Origin: Nemertoderma westbladi
Taxonomy: Eukaryota; Animalia; Xenacoelomorpha
DNA length: 64,000 nucleotides
Direction: 5' to 3'
Assembly: GCA_032718475.1 (NCBI GenBank)
Contig: JAUCBJ010007841.1
Span: 1 to 64,000 of the forward strand
Below, piece after piece: positions 13,755-25,822 of the stretch. The notes below the pieces were generated by a model. That model was not told where the DNA came from and ran no database searches. It saw only the letters and a program-made list of their open reading frames with translations. The stretch's first letter is position 1; every line of letters begins with the position of its first letter. Made by a program: the position numbers and the translations under genes.

Positions 13755-14407
13755 TTTTTGTTGGGTACAGCTTTTGCAAAGTAGGCAGGTGGGATCGAAC
13801 TGGTGACCTCCGGGTTGGAAGTCTGACGCTCTAACCATTCAGCTAGCGGCTCAGGTAAAAGATAGACCTGGAAATACTATCTGATACCTTGTAGGTCCGC
13901 AATTTACCTCCTCATGGCCTCCCATCTGTCATACCATCATCTGCTGCCAATGTGTTCAAACCAACAGTACTTGGCCGTTTTTATCCACTCGCTACAATGA
14001 AAGGGTAGTGTATATTAACCATGCACCACTACGGCCACAATGATTAATTACACACTCTAACTACAAATTTAGGTAAGACAGTTACACCCAAAGAGAATTG
14101 CGACTGGTATATTTATAATATATTATTGGTGTTATATACACTACCCTTTCATTGTTGCGAGTGGTTAAAGACGGCCAAGTACTGTAGGGTTGAGCACAGT
14201 GGCATCATATGATGGTATTGACAGTTGGGAGGCGATGAGGAGGTAAATTGCGGGGACCTACAAGGTATCAGATAACATTTCCAGGTCTATAATTTACCTG
14301 AGCCGCTAGCTGAATGGTTAGAGCGTCAGACTTCCAACCCGGAGGTCACCAGTTCGATCCCACCTGGACGTCATTGCCGACTTTGCAAAAGCTGTGCCCA
14401 ACAAAAA
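13755..14407. mobile_element. Palindromic element: two inverted ~270-bp tRNA-containing units
   Basis: 13755-14019 is the reverse complement of 14131-14407; tRNA-like segment GCCGCTAGCTGAATGGTTAGAGCGTCAGACTTCCAACCCGGAGGTCACCAGTTCGATCCC near 14302-14362. Confidence 0.85.
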
Positions 14408-14718
14408 GTCATTATAATAGTGGCGCACATAGTGGCGCAATTGAAAAGTTTTTTTGTTTATTGTTTTGAGTATAAAATACCGACACTGTAACCGGCGCCT
14501 TTCCCTTTTTATTTTAAATTAATTCAAATTATGTTTTTATTCTCACTAAATGCATATTTGATATATTTGTGATATTAGCGCATTAACTCATGTATTGGCC
14601 TATATATAATGCAGCTACATAGCACGGCTTGGTTTGGGGGAGGGGAGGGGGTCATTATATCTCAGCCTGGATCTTTAACAACAGTCAGGAAATTTCGATG
14701 ACGAACTTGGGGAAAATT

Positions 14719-15700
14719 AGATGCGAACTTTGTTCCAATATATGCGAACTTTGTTCCAATAGTTGCGAACTTTGTTCCAATAGATGCGAACGTTGTTCCA
14801 ATCAACTAAAATGATATTTTTAAAATTACCTTTGATATTTCAACAACAACAAAAAATATGTATAAACCGATAAACTGGTTACGATTCGCGAATCGTTACT
14901 GCATACTATTGAGTAATTTATTGCGGTAGAGGTGTTAAATAATAAAGTTTTGGCAGTCAGAAAGCATTGGGTACTTTTAGAAAGATGAGGAACTCGTCCG
15001 TGCTAATTGGCCAGTTAAACAGACTGACAGAAATCAACCTGGGGCAATATTAAACTGCAGCTGTCTACCACTACTGTCTCTTCTTAATTAATAAAGATGC
15101 TGTGAGGGTCTAGCAATTTACAAATAGGTACTTTCAGACTTCACCTGTGTGATAAGCCAAGATAAGATGATACGGACGGAACTTTCCAATTATATTTAAT
15201 GAGCAACCGACACCGTAGTCTCTACACCATACGTCTCATCTCACACTATAGGCCTAATCTAATAAGTTCAAAATAATAAGTTTCGATTAATAATCGTTAT
15301 ATCTTATTGTTATTCGGGTATTCTTATAATAGTCATTAATAACTTAGGGGTTGGGGTTCATTGGAAAAAAGTTCGCATCCTATTGGAACAAAGTTAGCAA
15401 CTATTCGAACAAAGTTCACAACCATTGGAACAAAGTTCGCAACCTATTGGAACAGAGTTCGCAACCTATTGGAACAAAGTTCGCAACTATTCGAACAAAG
15501 TTCGCAACCTATTGGAACAGAGTTCGCAACCTATTGGAACAAAGTTCGCAACTATTCGAACAAAGTTCACAACCATTGGAACAAAGTTCGCAACCTATTG
15601 GAACAGAGTTCGCAACCTATTGGAACAAAGTTCGCAACTATTCGAACAAAGTTCACAACCATTGGAACAAAGTTCTCAAAGGTAGGTTTTGGAACAATGT
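14719..15700. repeat. Inverted 22-bp minisatellite arrays, probably subterminal repeats of a DNA transposon
   Basis: tgcgaactttgttccaata x4 at 14719-14801; tattggaacaaagttcgcaacc x~15 at 15360-15700. Confidence 0.85.
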
Positions 15701-16088
15701 ACCGTACACATGGTTTGAGGTGATTTCACTGTACTTTACCCAATGAACGCGGCATATCATTTGTGTGTATGTTCCACCCATAGTTGGTTTATTCCACAGT
15801 TAGAGCCCAACATGGACCCAATTAGGGTACTGGTTCTACTGGGTCTCCTGGGATTTATTAATTTGCAATGTAATTTGGATTTTTTTTAATCACACAAACA
15901 TCTCCCTTGTTACTACACCATGTCCCAGAATATAGTGTCGTAATTCAGTGAAACCCCCCCCCCCCCCCCCCCCTAATTTTTTTTACAAATCTTAATGAGA
16001 TTGCATGAAATTTGAAACAGAGATAGTTTCACCTCCCGACCACTGACTGGGTGAGCCAGAATTTTTATTTTTGCTTTCAATCTTTAGC

Positions 16089-16334
16089 TACAAGCGTTTA
16101 AAAAAAGTGTCTCCAGCGATATTACACCAGTTACACCGCAGTTTTTTCTTTAATCTTATAGTGATTTGTTGGTACTGATAGAAAGCTGACCATGCAAGGA
16201 ATCCAAATATGTAACACAATTTGAATTTCGTTGAAAAATAGCGGAGATATGGGCGTTCAAATTTTGCATGGTTATGCACCTGCGCGAGGCTATTTTATTC
16301 TATTTAATAAATGCATCATAATCTGGAATATTTT
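16089..16334 (+). mobile_element. Left inverted repeat (Tc1/mariner-like start TA-CAAGCG) flanking the CSD gene
   Basis: 16210-16334 is the imperfect reverse complement of 19058-19182. Confidence 0.65.
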
Positions 16335-16543
16335 GTTTATCCAAATACGTAGCTGGGCAACAATGCATTACATCTTTAATCATACTATTTTGAGGTAACA
16401 ATTTATTGACTTATAACAACTAAGGTATTACAAAGAACATCGAATTTAATTTTAATTTTAATTTAATTTAATTTAACATTATTTTCCTTAAGAAAATTTA
16501 GATTACTCATGTCCACGTATCGTATATGACTCTGCTTTTCCAT

Positions 16544-18634
16544 TTATATCACCCGCACCCATGTAGCTATCCTTTGTTTTTTTATTTCGTCAAATCGGAA
16601 TCGAAATTGAACTGTTTTCCTTCCATTCGTTCTCTCTTCATTTTTAATTTTTTCAGTCATTTCACGACTAACTAATATTATGTAACATCGGCACAGTTCC
16701 TTCTCATCAATTTTCGGAATTATAGATGCATAATATTCTGCTTCGTAATTGAATAAGGTACTACAGTACATGCCAGTATATGTTCTTTCCGCATACAACG
16801 TATGAGCATCTTCAATATTGTGTAGTTTGTTTTCTTCAATAACAGTTGCGTTCCTGTTTATCATCCTTGCGGCCCTGCATTTAAAGTCTCCCTCCACGGT
16901 AACCACTAAGGCTTCTGCTTCTTCTTCACTGATCTGTAATGCTAATCTGTAAGCTTCTCGGATCTGGAATCTAACGAAATCATCATTTTTCAGCTTCTTT
17001 TGGTGTCCATTAATATGCATGTTAGAAGGCACAGTAAATAAAGAATAACAATTGCAAAGTTGCAATTCGCTTATTATCGGTACAGTAAACCAATAACTAT
17101 TACTCGAAACTAATTTAACTTGTCCTGTGTGTGTTTTACCATCCTCTATCATATCATACTTATCTGTTTGTATTTGTACACGTTTGGTTTCTCCATCTTG
17201 GTTAAGGTTAATATTTTTAGCTACCTCACATGAATCATCATCCTCTATTGTAACACATGTGGCCTTTCGACTACCTACTATATTATTATAACAATACTGG
17301 AATAGAAGCTTTCTGTCTTGAATAGACTGGATCTGGCGTCTCTTACTAACATGGATGTTACTTTCACAAAAGGATACCTTGTGGCAATGACAAAGTTCCA
17401 TGTTATTTTTTTTATCGAATGGAACTATATACCCATGTTTATATTCATCATTATAGTATGTACAACGGCCGGTATAAGTTATGGTCTCCTCTATGTTTGG
17501 AAGTTTATATCTATTTGAGCCGCAATCAGTACATCCTGGAACACTAACCCATGTTGCTCCATAAACATTTTTGTCATTTCTATCTTTTCTAATTTCGCAT
17601 TGAAATATAACAGCGTCACCCTCCTTCAGAATCTTCTTGTATCCATCAATATGGACTTTTGACTTTAAAAAGTGTACAGATTCCTTACCGATATCCGGGC
17701 CTATGTACCCATGTTGTTCGTCAACACTAAAATAATTACACCGTCCCTGGTATGTTTTGTTCACTTCCAATATGTCTCTCTGTAGTGGACCCCATTGAAT
17801 TGGTGGAACTTCTGTTTGCATAATAAGTGCGTTTGGTTGTGATTGGGTGGGGGTTTGAAGCAGTCCCGGTTGGATAGTGATAGGGTATATTGGCAACAGG
17901 GCCCTCGGTTGGAGAGTTGGAAAAACCCCTGGTGGCTTATATGAACGGGGGAGATATAATCCCTCCTGGTTGCATATAGGTAGTTGGAAGCTCCCCATGT
18001 TGCATAACTGTAGTTGGGGCTCACGAGATTGCATGAGAGGAGTGGGAGGCTCTCGTGGTTGAATAACTGGTGTTTGAAGCAATCCCGATTGCATGAAGGG
18101 AGATAGAAGCCCTCCTGGAAGTATAAAGGGAGCTGGTGGCTCTCGCTCTCTTGGTTGCATATATGGGGTTGGTAGCTCTGCTGGTTGCATATATGGGGTT
18201 GGTAGCTCTGCTGGTTGCATATATGGGGTTGGTAGCTCTGCTGGTTGCATATATGGGGTTGGTAGCTCTGCTGGTTGCATATATGGGGTTGGTAGCTCTG
18301 CTGGTTGTATATAGGTAGTTGGACGCTCTTCCGGTTGCATAGCGGGAGTTGGAAGCCATCCAGATTGGATGAGGTGAGTTCGATGCTCTCGTGGTTGTAT
18401 AAGGGGACCTGGTGGCCCTCGCTCTCTTGGTTGCATATATGGGGTTGGAAGCTCTGCTGGTTGCATATATGGGGTTGGTAGCTCTGCTTGTGGTATATAG
18501 GTAGTTGGAGGCTCTGTTGGTTGCATGAGGGGAGTTAGAATCCCTCCTCGTTGCATATAGGGAGAGGGAGTTGGATGCTCTTCCGGTTGCATAGCGGGAG
18601 CTGGTGGCTCTCGCTTTCGCTCTCTTTGTTGCAT
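16544..18634 (-). CDS. Pro/Gln/Tyr-repeat protein with four divergent cold-shock (OB-fold) domains
   Basis: Uninterrupted ORF, first ATG at 18634 (frame open somewhat further upstream). MQPAELPTPY repeats, then YQGRCNYFSVDEQHGYIGPDIGKESVHFLKSKVHIDGYKKILKEGDAVIF, matching the CSD pattern GxVKWF...GFGFI.P..G..DVFVH.S.I...G...L.EG..V.F, and three further related repeats. Confidence 0.75.
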   Translation of the reverse strand: MQQRERKREPPAPAMQPEEHPTPSPYMQRGGILTPLMQPTEPPTTYIPQAELPTPYMQPAELPTPYMQPRERGPPGPLIQPREHRTHLIQSGWLPTPAMQPEERPTTYIQPAELPTPYMQPAELPTPYMQPAELPTPYMQPAELPTPYMQPAELPTPYMQPREREPPAPFILPGGLLSPFMQSGLLQTPVIQPREPPTPLMQSREPQLQLCNMGSFQLPICNQEGLYLPRSYKPPGVFPTLQPRALLPIYPITIQPGLLQTPTQSQPNALIMQTEVPPIQWGPLQRDILEVNKTYQGRCNYFSVDEQHGYIGPDIGKESVHFLKSKVHIDGYKKILKEGDAVIFQCEIRKDRNDKNVYGATWVSVPGCTDCGSNRYKLPNIEETITYTGRCTYYNDEYKHGYIVPFDKKNNMELCHCHKVSFCESNIHVSKRRQIQSIQDRKLLFQYCYNNIVGSRKATCVTIEDDDSCEVAKNINLNQDGETKRVQIQTDKYDMIEDGKTHTGQVKLVSSNSYWFTVPIISELQLCNCYSLFTVPSNMHINGHQKKLKNDDFVRFQIREAYRLALQISEEEAEALVVTVEGDFKCRAARMINRNATVIEENKLHNIEDAHTLYAERTYTGMYCSTLFNYEAEYYASIIPKIDEKELCRCYIILVSREMTEKIKNEERTNGRKTVQFRFRFDEIKKQRIATWVRVI
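18150..18320 (-). repeat. 30-bp coding tandem repeat (MQPAELPTPY)
   Basis: ggttgcatatatggggttggtagctctgct x5-6. Confidence 0.9.
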
Positions 18635-19057
18635 ATATGGGATTGGGGGGCCTCCTGGCTGCAAGAGGGGAATTTGAGGCACATCTCTTGGTATGATGAC
18701 AATGTCTGGTAGGTCGTAGCACTGGCGAGTTAATGTGATTCTGTCTTACAGATTGTGCTTCTGTGCTAAGAACGGTTGACTTTTGACAGCTTTATGAAAT
18801 CAAGTAGCGCATCTTTGAAGTTTGTGTCAATTTCACAATTCCTCCAGCTGACTGACTAATTACGAGCAGTAAGTACTTAGTGAAACATAGTTCTTTAATT
18901 AATGTATTCCTTATATTTGAATGTGTTATTTATAATATTTACACTACCATCAAATAGAAACTACCTTTTCTAAGAAAACTAAATAATTTTTAAATAATTT
19001 AGTAGCTAATAGTATAATAGTAATTAATAGTAATTAAGAAGCTATTCATACATTTAA

Positions 19058-19182
19058 AAAATGTTCCAGAATATGGTTTATTTATTAAATAGAATAAAAT
19101 AGCCTCACGCCGGTGCAAAACCATGCAACATTTGAACGCTCATATCTCAGCTATTTTTCAACGAAAATCAAATTGTGTTACA
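19058..19182 (-). mobile_element. Right (truncated) inverted repeat flanking the CSD gene
   Basis: Reverse complement of 16210-16334; outer part is missing. Confidence 0.65.
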
Positions 19183-22100
19183 ACAAACTTCTCTCATTCA
19201 TTTAAACTCACCATAAAACTGTTTATTAGGTGGGAATTGTTTTTTTGATAGTAAATTCAAGAGGAATGCTTTGACACGGATATTAATGCGGATTAATTTT
19301 AGAGTCGATATGTGGTGGTCGATATTCACGATCAAAGACTAACACAGGATCAATTATAACATATCACATTTGTATCCAAGTTGTTTTTCGCTATCTGAAA
19401 TGAAAATGTTAACATTTCTTTCGTATGAGGTCGACTGGTCCGCACCAGTTTTTCACCGATAAATTGTGAAGAATTATGAGAGTCTTTTTTAGCCAAAAAC
19501 TATCATTTTTCGATAACCAATCATTTTGATGATCGAAATTTACAATCGTAATTTTGACTTTGTACCTGTAATCGGATTACTCGCAAAATTGTTGATTAAT
19601 TGTATTAAGCTTCTCTATTGATTCCGTCTGTCTTTGAGGCAGTTTAGTTAGGCCGCGCAGGATTTGCGACTCACACAGGGAGATCGTGTTATGCATTTGT
19701 ACGTTTTTATAATTTGTTGACGAGATTTAGGATGTAATTTAATTTAATTTCACTTGAAACTGGTCGAACCGGCTTTTAATTTTATATAGAGAGAAACCAT
19801 AATATAAAAAGGTTAGAGTTGGGGATCATAAAATTACAGCCACAATATGGCGGCAAATTATAATTACTTTACTGCTACAGATAACAAATAGTATACAAAC
19901 GACACGACATCAATATTGCACGAAACCTATTGCAAGTTTGGCTTCATTCAACTGCAAACAAGGAAAGTGTCAAATGCGGTCATGTTTGGTAAGGTGTAAA
20001 GATCATAAGAGAGAATTTTACGAAATGTTTTGGTAACGAAGATCTTAACAGTTTCGTAGGAGTCCTGTTTCTATGACAGTAAAAGTAACAATTGGACGAG
20101 CAATGATAGGTACTAAATGATTAGAATGCCTTATTCAATAACTTTAAACGAACATTGCGCAGCCATTATCCGTCAGTGTACGCATTCATTCATGTGTTTT
20201 ATCAACTTTTTATATGTAAAATATTATTTGTCAATCCTTACAAGGAAAGTTCTAAATGAAATGTACATGCATCTTTGCGAGCGAGAGGAATATTTTATAA
20301 CTTTGTTAAAAATCGCAACTTTGGATTGACCTTTATCTTTTTGTCGGTCTTTTTGTGTTTTAAGGGGCGACTGGTTTGTGGGAGAGGCTAAGATCACAAG
20401 TCACATCCCCCCACCACCAGCCATACATAACTGAAGAAGACTCACTGACGGATCTGGACACTCACCCGATAAATCTAAAAAAGTATCCCTTAGATTTATG
20501 GACTACTGTATGTGCCACCAAAATGTAAATTATACAGAACGAATAACAGCGAGGTGGTTACAACTTAGGAAGCAAAAATGAGGTTCCGATAGGTAGTTGC
20601 ACGGCTCCCTTTATGCATATACAACTCAGAACAAATTTCAAATTACGGTGGAAGTCACTCATGCGGGAAATGTCTCAATGAGGAAGCGGATGCAATTCGA
20701 TAATAAAGGAATTATTATTTAAATTATTACTTAAGCAGTCCGGATTGCTTGAATTACAGGCCGCACCCAATTTTACAGATCAATCTTGAACAACTAATTG
20801 GGAATTATTAATAGGGGAAAAGTCAAAATAACGTCATATATCATCAAGGGTGGGTGGTGAGGCTTTCTCTCTGTCAGGCATTCAAGGCAGTTTTAACGAC
20901 GTATTTCCATAATATATTTATGTCTTTAGATATCAGTTTCATCAAAGTGGGCCTCACCGATACGTTGTGGTTTTTGTTTTGGTATCAAATAAGTTAATCC
21001 GTGGGTCAGGTTGAGCCTCACCACACTGCCCAGACCATATCGCGCACATGAGGTACACCACTCACAACTTGGAAGTGAGATGATGGCCCATGTTATTCAA
21101 CAATAGGCAATAAAACTAACATTAAACATATTAACGCTGGGCTCATAATTTATATGAATTTAGCGGATAAGTTTACTTATTACTTCAAGTAATGACAGTT
21201 ACCCCCACTACAACATATAAAAATAGAAAGAAAAATACTGTATAGTAAGCTACATATCACATAAACATGGTTCAGACTAAGATTACCGACACTCAGATTA
21301 CATCCTCAACTTTTTCAGGAAAGGAATGATAACGGTGTTGTTATGCATCAATTTTGTCCAGAGGTGATACGGTTGTGAGTACAATTTTTAATGTGCCGCA
21401 TGTGACATCAAGGAAGTTATTCACATTCAATGTGATGAGATCCCTGAAGCCTCTTATAATGGGCGGGTCATCACTGTCTGTGTAATCTTGTCATGTCCCA
21501 TAGGGGCGTGCCCATGATAGAAGTGGCAACTGGTACATCATAATAAGGAAGCAAAAGTTATATTGCTGTTTTAATAATAGTTTCGTAAATAGAATTCAGC
21601 TGACCAGATTAGATGAGGCAACTACTTGTGTTTGGGGTACTTTAAATCCCTGCGGACTTCAGATCCCTCCGGACTTTATATCCCGGCAGACTTCACCCTG
21701 CGGACTTTAGGTCCTACTCGACAGCTTTCGAAGGTAATGGGAGTGGGGTTCCAAACCCTAATTAATATTATCATGTATCCATAACACTAGGTCATAATCT
21801 AAGAAATTGTGAGTAATTTAGGGCATTATTGGCACAACAAGCCCGTTTGGGATAACTTTTCTAACGGTAAATATTATTGCCCTATTGTTGTTCGCAAATA
21901 CACAATAAAATAAGAATATAGTTCTGAAATAAGAACGACAAAAAGCACTGTTAATGATAACCGACACTACAACAATTCAGTGCAGTACACTCAATACACT
22001 CCATTAATCCCCCCATTCTTCATAGAGGAGGAATGTAGATTTTCAGCATTGCGGAGGTCACACATTGCATCTTCACAGTTGCATATAAATTTATGCCTAT

Positions 22101-24344
22101 TAGAATAGAGATTAGTCACATGATGCCCATGATTATTCTTCTTATAGTTTGATAAGTAGGTTTCCTTAAAATCAATCACTTTAGGAAAGTAATGAATTCC
22201 CTACTCGGTCATCATTTGACCTCTGAGAAATCCGGTGTAATTTTTTTACAAGCTGCGACATGTTTTATAATTAAACATCCTGAAAACACTACCCTTTGCC
22301 ATAATATAATTAGCATCAACTACTGTGTATTCGTTCGGAGATGGGGTTAGGGTATCTGAAATCAAAATTTCCTATTATCGTCTATTTGTATCAGCTACTC
22401 TCTATTGTACCAGCAAAACTAAAGAATGATATAGGTTCATCCAGAAATAATCCTGGCTCATGTTATATCTGAATTATTCAGATACAACATGAGCGGACAA
22501 CAGCATGCGGATCCAAAGTCACTTGAACTCTCCGCAGTGCAGACAGTTCAGAAGTAGGGACATTCAGTAGCTCGGAAGTGTGGTGTGAACATGTTTGAAC
22601 GCAAGCTAAAGAACACAAAGTCTTCCAAGCGCACATGGTTGTGCTTTAGTCCATGTTATACACGACTTTGCGTCTCGCAAGGCTCGTAAAGTTGTTTTCT
22701 AAATAAAGTACTATACGTATACTGGTTAGATTCTTTTTTGTATTATTATTCTTTGTTTTATTATAATAATCGTTTAAATCTAAATATATCTCTCTATCTC
22801 TGATCGATCAGGGGCCCCCACCAATCATGTGCACAGGGGCCCCCACCAGGCTTGATCCGGCTCTGTCTGAATATATATAAAAAATAATAGCCAAAACAAT
22901 CTGAAGTCCAGGTGATCAGTGAGATCGCGAAGTAGGAAGATGGAAAGAATATAAAGTAAGGAAATACAGGACGTTATCACTTTGAAGCAGCAATTTGCTG
23001 TCAATGCAAGGAGCACTTGTGGAATGTCGGGATTGCATGTCCTATGAAGTTGGCCAACAATAATTATAGTTTTTTGTTGAGTATGGTGAAGAGAAAAAGC
23101 TATTGATGAAATACAATACAATTAAAATGTTCACAAGTCTATTTTATAAATCAAAATATTGTCAATTTCTAAATCATTTAATCATCAATCGCTTGTTAAT
23201 TTTTTCATTGTTATCATTACATTTACATAGTAAGCAAAAACAATAATCATGAAAGTGTTACGGTAATTTATTGATGATATATAGGCTAATATGCAGGACA
23301 ATAGTAAAGCTATAGTAAAGCTAATTAAGGTAGAAAAGCCATGTGTCACCGATACTTCTGCAGTCTGATAAAAATGAATTTAATTATTCATGTTTGTTTC
23401 CATTTATTTTATGATAGCGTTACGCGCATAGCGGCACACATCAAAGCTGAGGTTCTAAATAGTAATAGCCTTATTGTTTGCGTTATTAGGCCTATTGGGC
23501 AATGTTTATCGAGGAGTGAAAAGTAGATATGCGGATAATGGTATAATGCGGAAAATGGGAGGATTCGAGAAACGAACGCGCCAAAAGATTTTATCAGAGC
23601 TGGTAAACTGTAGTACTAAATAGTTAACGCAAGTTAGAAACTACGCGTTGCTCGGTAATTCATTACCCCAAACCAATTATGACAAGATTAATGAACTTAC
23701 TGCGCATCCCTCTACCTAATCGGTATCTGATCTCACAGGATCCGAGAGACCTACTACATTCATATATCTTGTAATTAAGTTATATGATGGCAGTGTGACG
23801 TGTGATTAATCTAAATATATAAATTACACTTACAGGAGATGAACTCTACCTCCCTCATTCATTCATCCAATAGCAACTGCGATAATTGCGATCAATATAT
23901 TGTACAGCTGTAATGTTATTAGTTTTGATGCGCATTAAATTTTTCCTACGAATAACGGGATGTGAATGAAACGGGATTAAACGCTACACCTACGCCCTCG
24001 CATAGTTCGTTAGTTAATTTATTGACAGACAGCCAGACAAAACAAAAGCAGGTAGAAGAAGCACCATAAGGAGTGTCCATCGTATTGTCGTAGATTTAAG
24101 CATGTATTCATGCTTGTAATAAATAAACACCTATTGATTTCCGTCATACTTTCATTCACCTTAAGACGGTTGATTGTTGATTCTCAAGCTGTTTATTCTC
24201 AATTAAATTGCTTGCAATTAAATTAAATTAGTTTGCTGGTTCTCGTTTATTGTTTTTGTTCCTTTCAATTCAACACCCGCCTCTCCCTCTGTATTATTTA
24301 CTAATATCCGTACAAGTAGGTGTAGGTGTGTATGCTTGCTTGAG

Positions 24345-25822
24345 CACGTGAATGACTTTTGCTACTTGGGATCATGGATCAGAAAGTCAGTTGAAGACTT
24401 TCGGATACGTAAGGGGAAGGCAAGGGCAGCGTTAAATATTTTGTCCAGGATTTGCAGGTCCCATAGAATCCACGAAGCTAAGTTGAACGGTGAAAAGTAA
24501 TGAAGCACAAGTTAATAGTATTATGACTTGGGACCAACACCTACCCCTACTATATGACTTATTCTGCGTCCGAATTTAATTGTTCTATTTTGCAGTTACC
24601 ATGACAACCGCTGAAAACAGATGTTTTTACACAAAAATTACTCATTAGGACATAGACTTCGCGATAAAATTTTACGAAACTGGGTATGTGTTATCTGGAC
24701 CACTAGTTGGAACTTTTAGTGAAACTCAAATCATTCCAGAAATATATAGTTACCATGTTAACTGTAGTCTATTCAAGTCTATATTCATAACTCTATTTGT
24801 AACAGAACTGTAATATATATAAACGTGGGGTTTTGCAACACATATAAGGTCCATATCCAAGCCGTTCGAGGTTAATTATAAAATCCAGTTACCATAGCAA
24901 CAAGACTAAACAGATGTTAAAATTTATAAAATGATAATTTGAAGCACAAGTTAATAGTATTATGACTTGGGACCAACACCTACCCCCACTATATGACTTA
25001 TTCTGCATCCGAATTACATTGTTCTATTTTTCAGTTTCCATGACAACCACTGCAAACAGATGCATTTTGAAAATCGGTAATTTGGACATAAACTACAATA
25101 TTTTCTGAAACTCGGAAAGTGTTATCTGAACCACAATCTGGACTAAATCTTATATCAAAGGTTAAACCAACATTTCCAGAGAACTCTAGTTTCCATGGGA
25201 ATAGAAGTTAATTATTGGCAAATGCTACTAAACTAGGCTAAGCAACAAACCAAAGTGTGGACGTTTGTTTAATTTTCCTTAGCTTCGTGGTTGCATTTCC
25301 TTTAGGAAATGCCTTTCTAGTAAACGGAACCTTAAGGTTCAATTATTTATGACAGCAGTAGAACCAGTACTCTTATATGGGAGTCCATGCTGGGCTCTAA
25401 CTACAGAGGAAACCAAAATCTGGGTTGCACTTTCACAAGAATGCTGCGCCGGGTTCATTGTGTCAAGTACAATGCACACATCTCCAATCAGACTCTATAT
25501 AACATTGGAAGGGTTCCATTAATCTCGCCCAGCTTGACACTTGAACGGAACCGCCTCCGCTTTGCAGGACATTGCTTTCGACGTGAGGACCAGCCGCCAG
25601 TGCATAATCTTGTGCTTTAGCGTCCTCATGGAGCGAATAAGCATGTTGGACAGCTCATAAGTCGCATCTTAAAGGACACTGGCCTTGAAGATGCGGATGA
25701 TCTAGCAAATGTCATGGGTGATAGGGAGTGTGGCGGCGCAATTTTGTCGACAAGCTGGCACAGCATTCTTAATATATATATAATGCAGCTGCAATGCAGC
25801 ATGCTGAACGTAGCAGTAGTAG
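24345..25822 (+). pseudogene. RTE LINE 3' fragment split by a HINE insertion
   Basis: 24345-24469 and 25321-25822 align with 62810-63440; tail gtagcagtagtag. Confidence 0.8.
24470..25320 (+). mobile_element. Non-autonomous Helentron-like (HINE) element
   Basis: Sub-TIR CCACGAAGCT/AGCTTCGTGG, 3' hairpin GCATTTCCT-TT-AGGAAATGC then TTTCTAG, internal duplication starting near 24502 and 24941; interrupts an RTE. Confidence 0.65.

Noticed and set aside
14302-14372. Functional tRNA gene
   Set aside because: Acceptor, anticodon and T stems pair poorly; part of a dispersed repeat.
15351-15746. Repetitive ORFs in three frames
   Set aside because: Translations of the 22-bp tandem repeat.
20425-20470. 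Hammerhead ribozyme (CTGAAGA core), also near 31756
   Set aside because: No correctly placed GAAA or closing stems.
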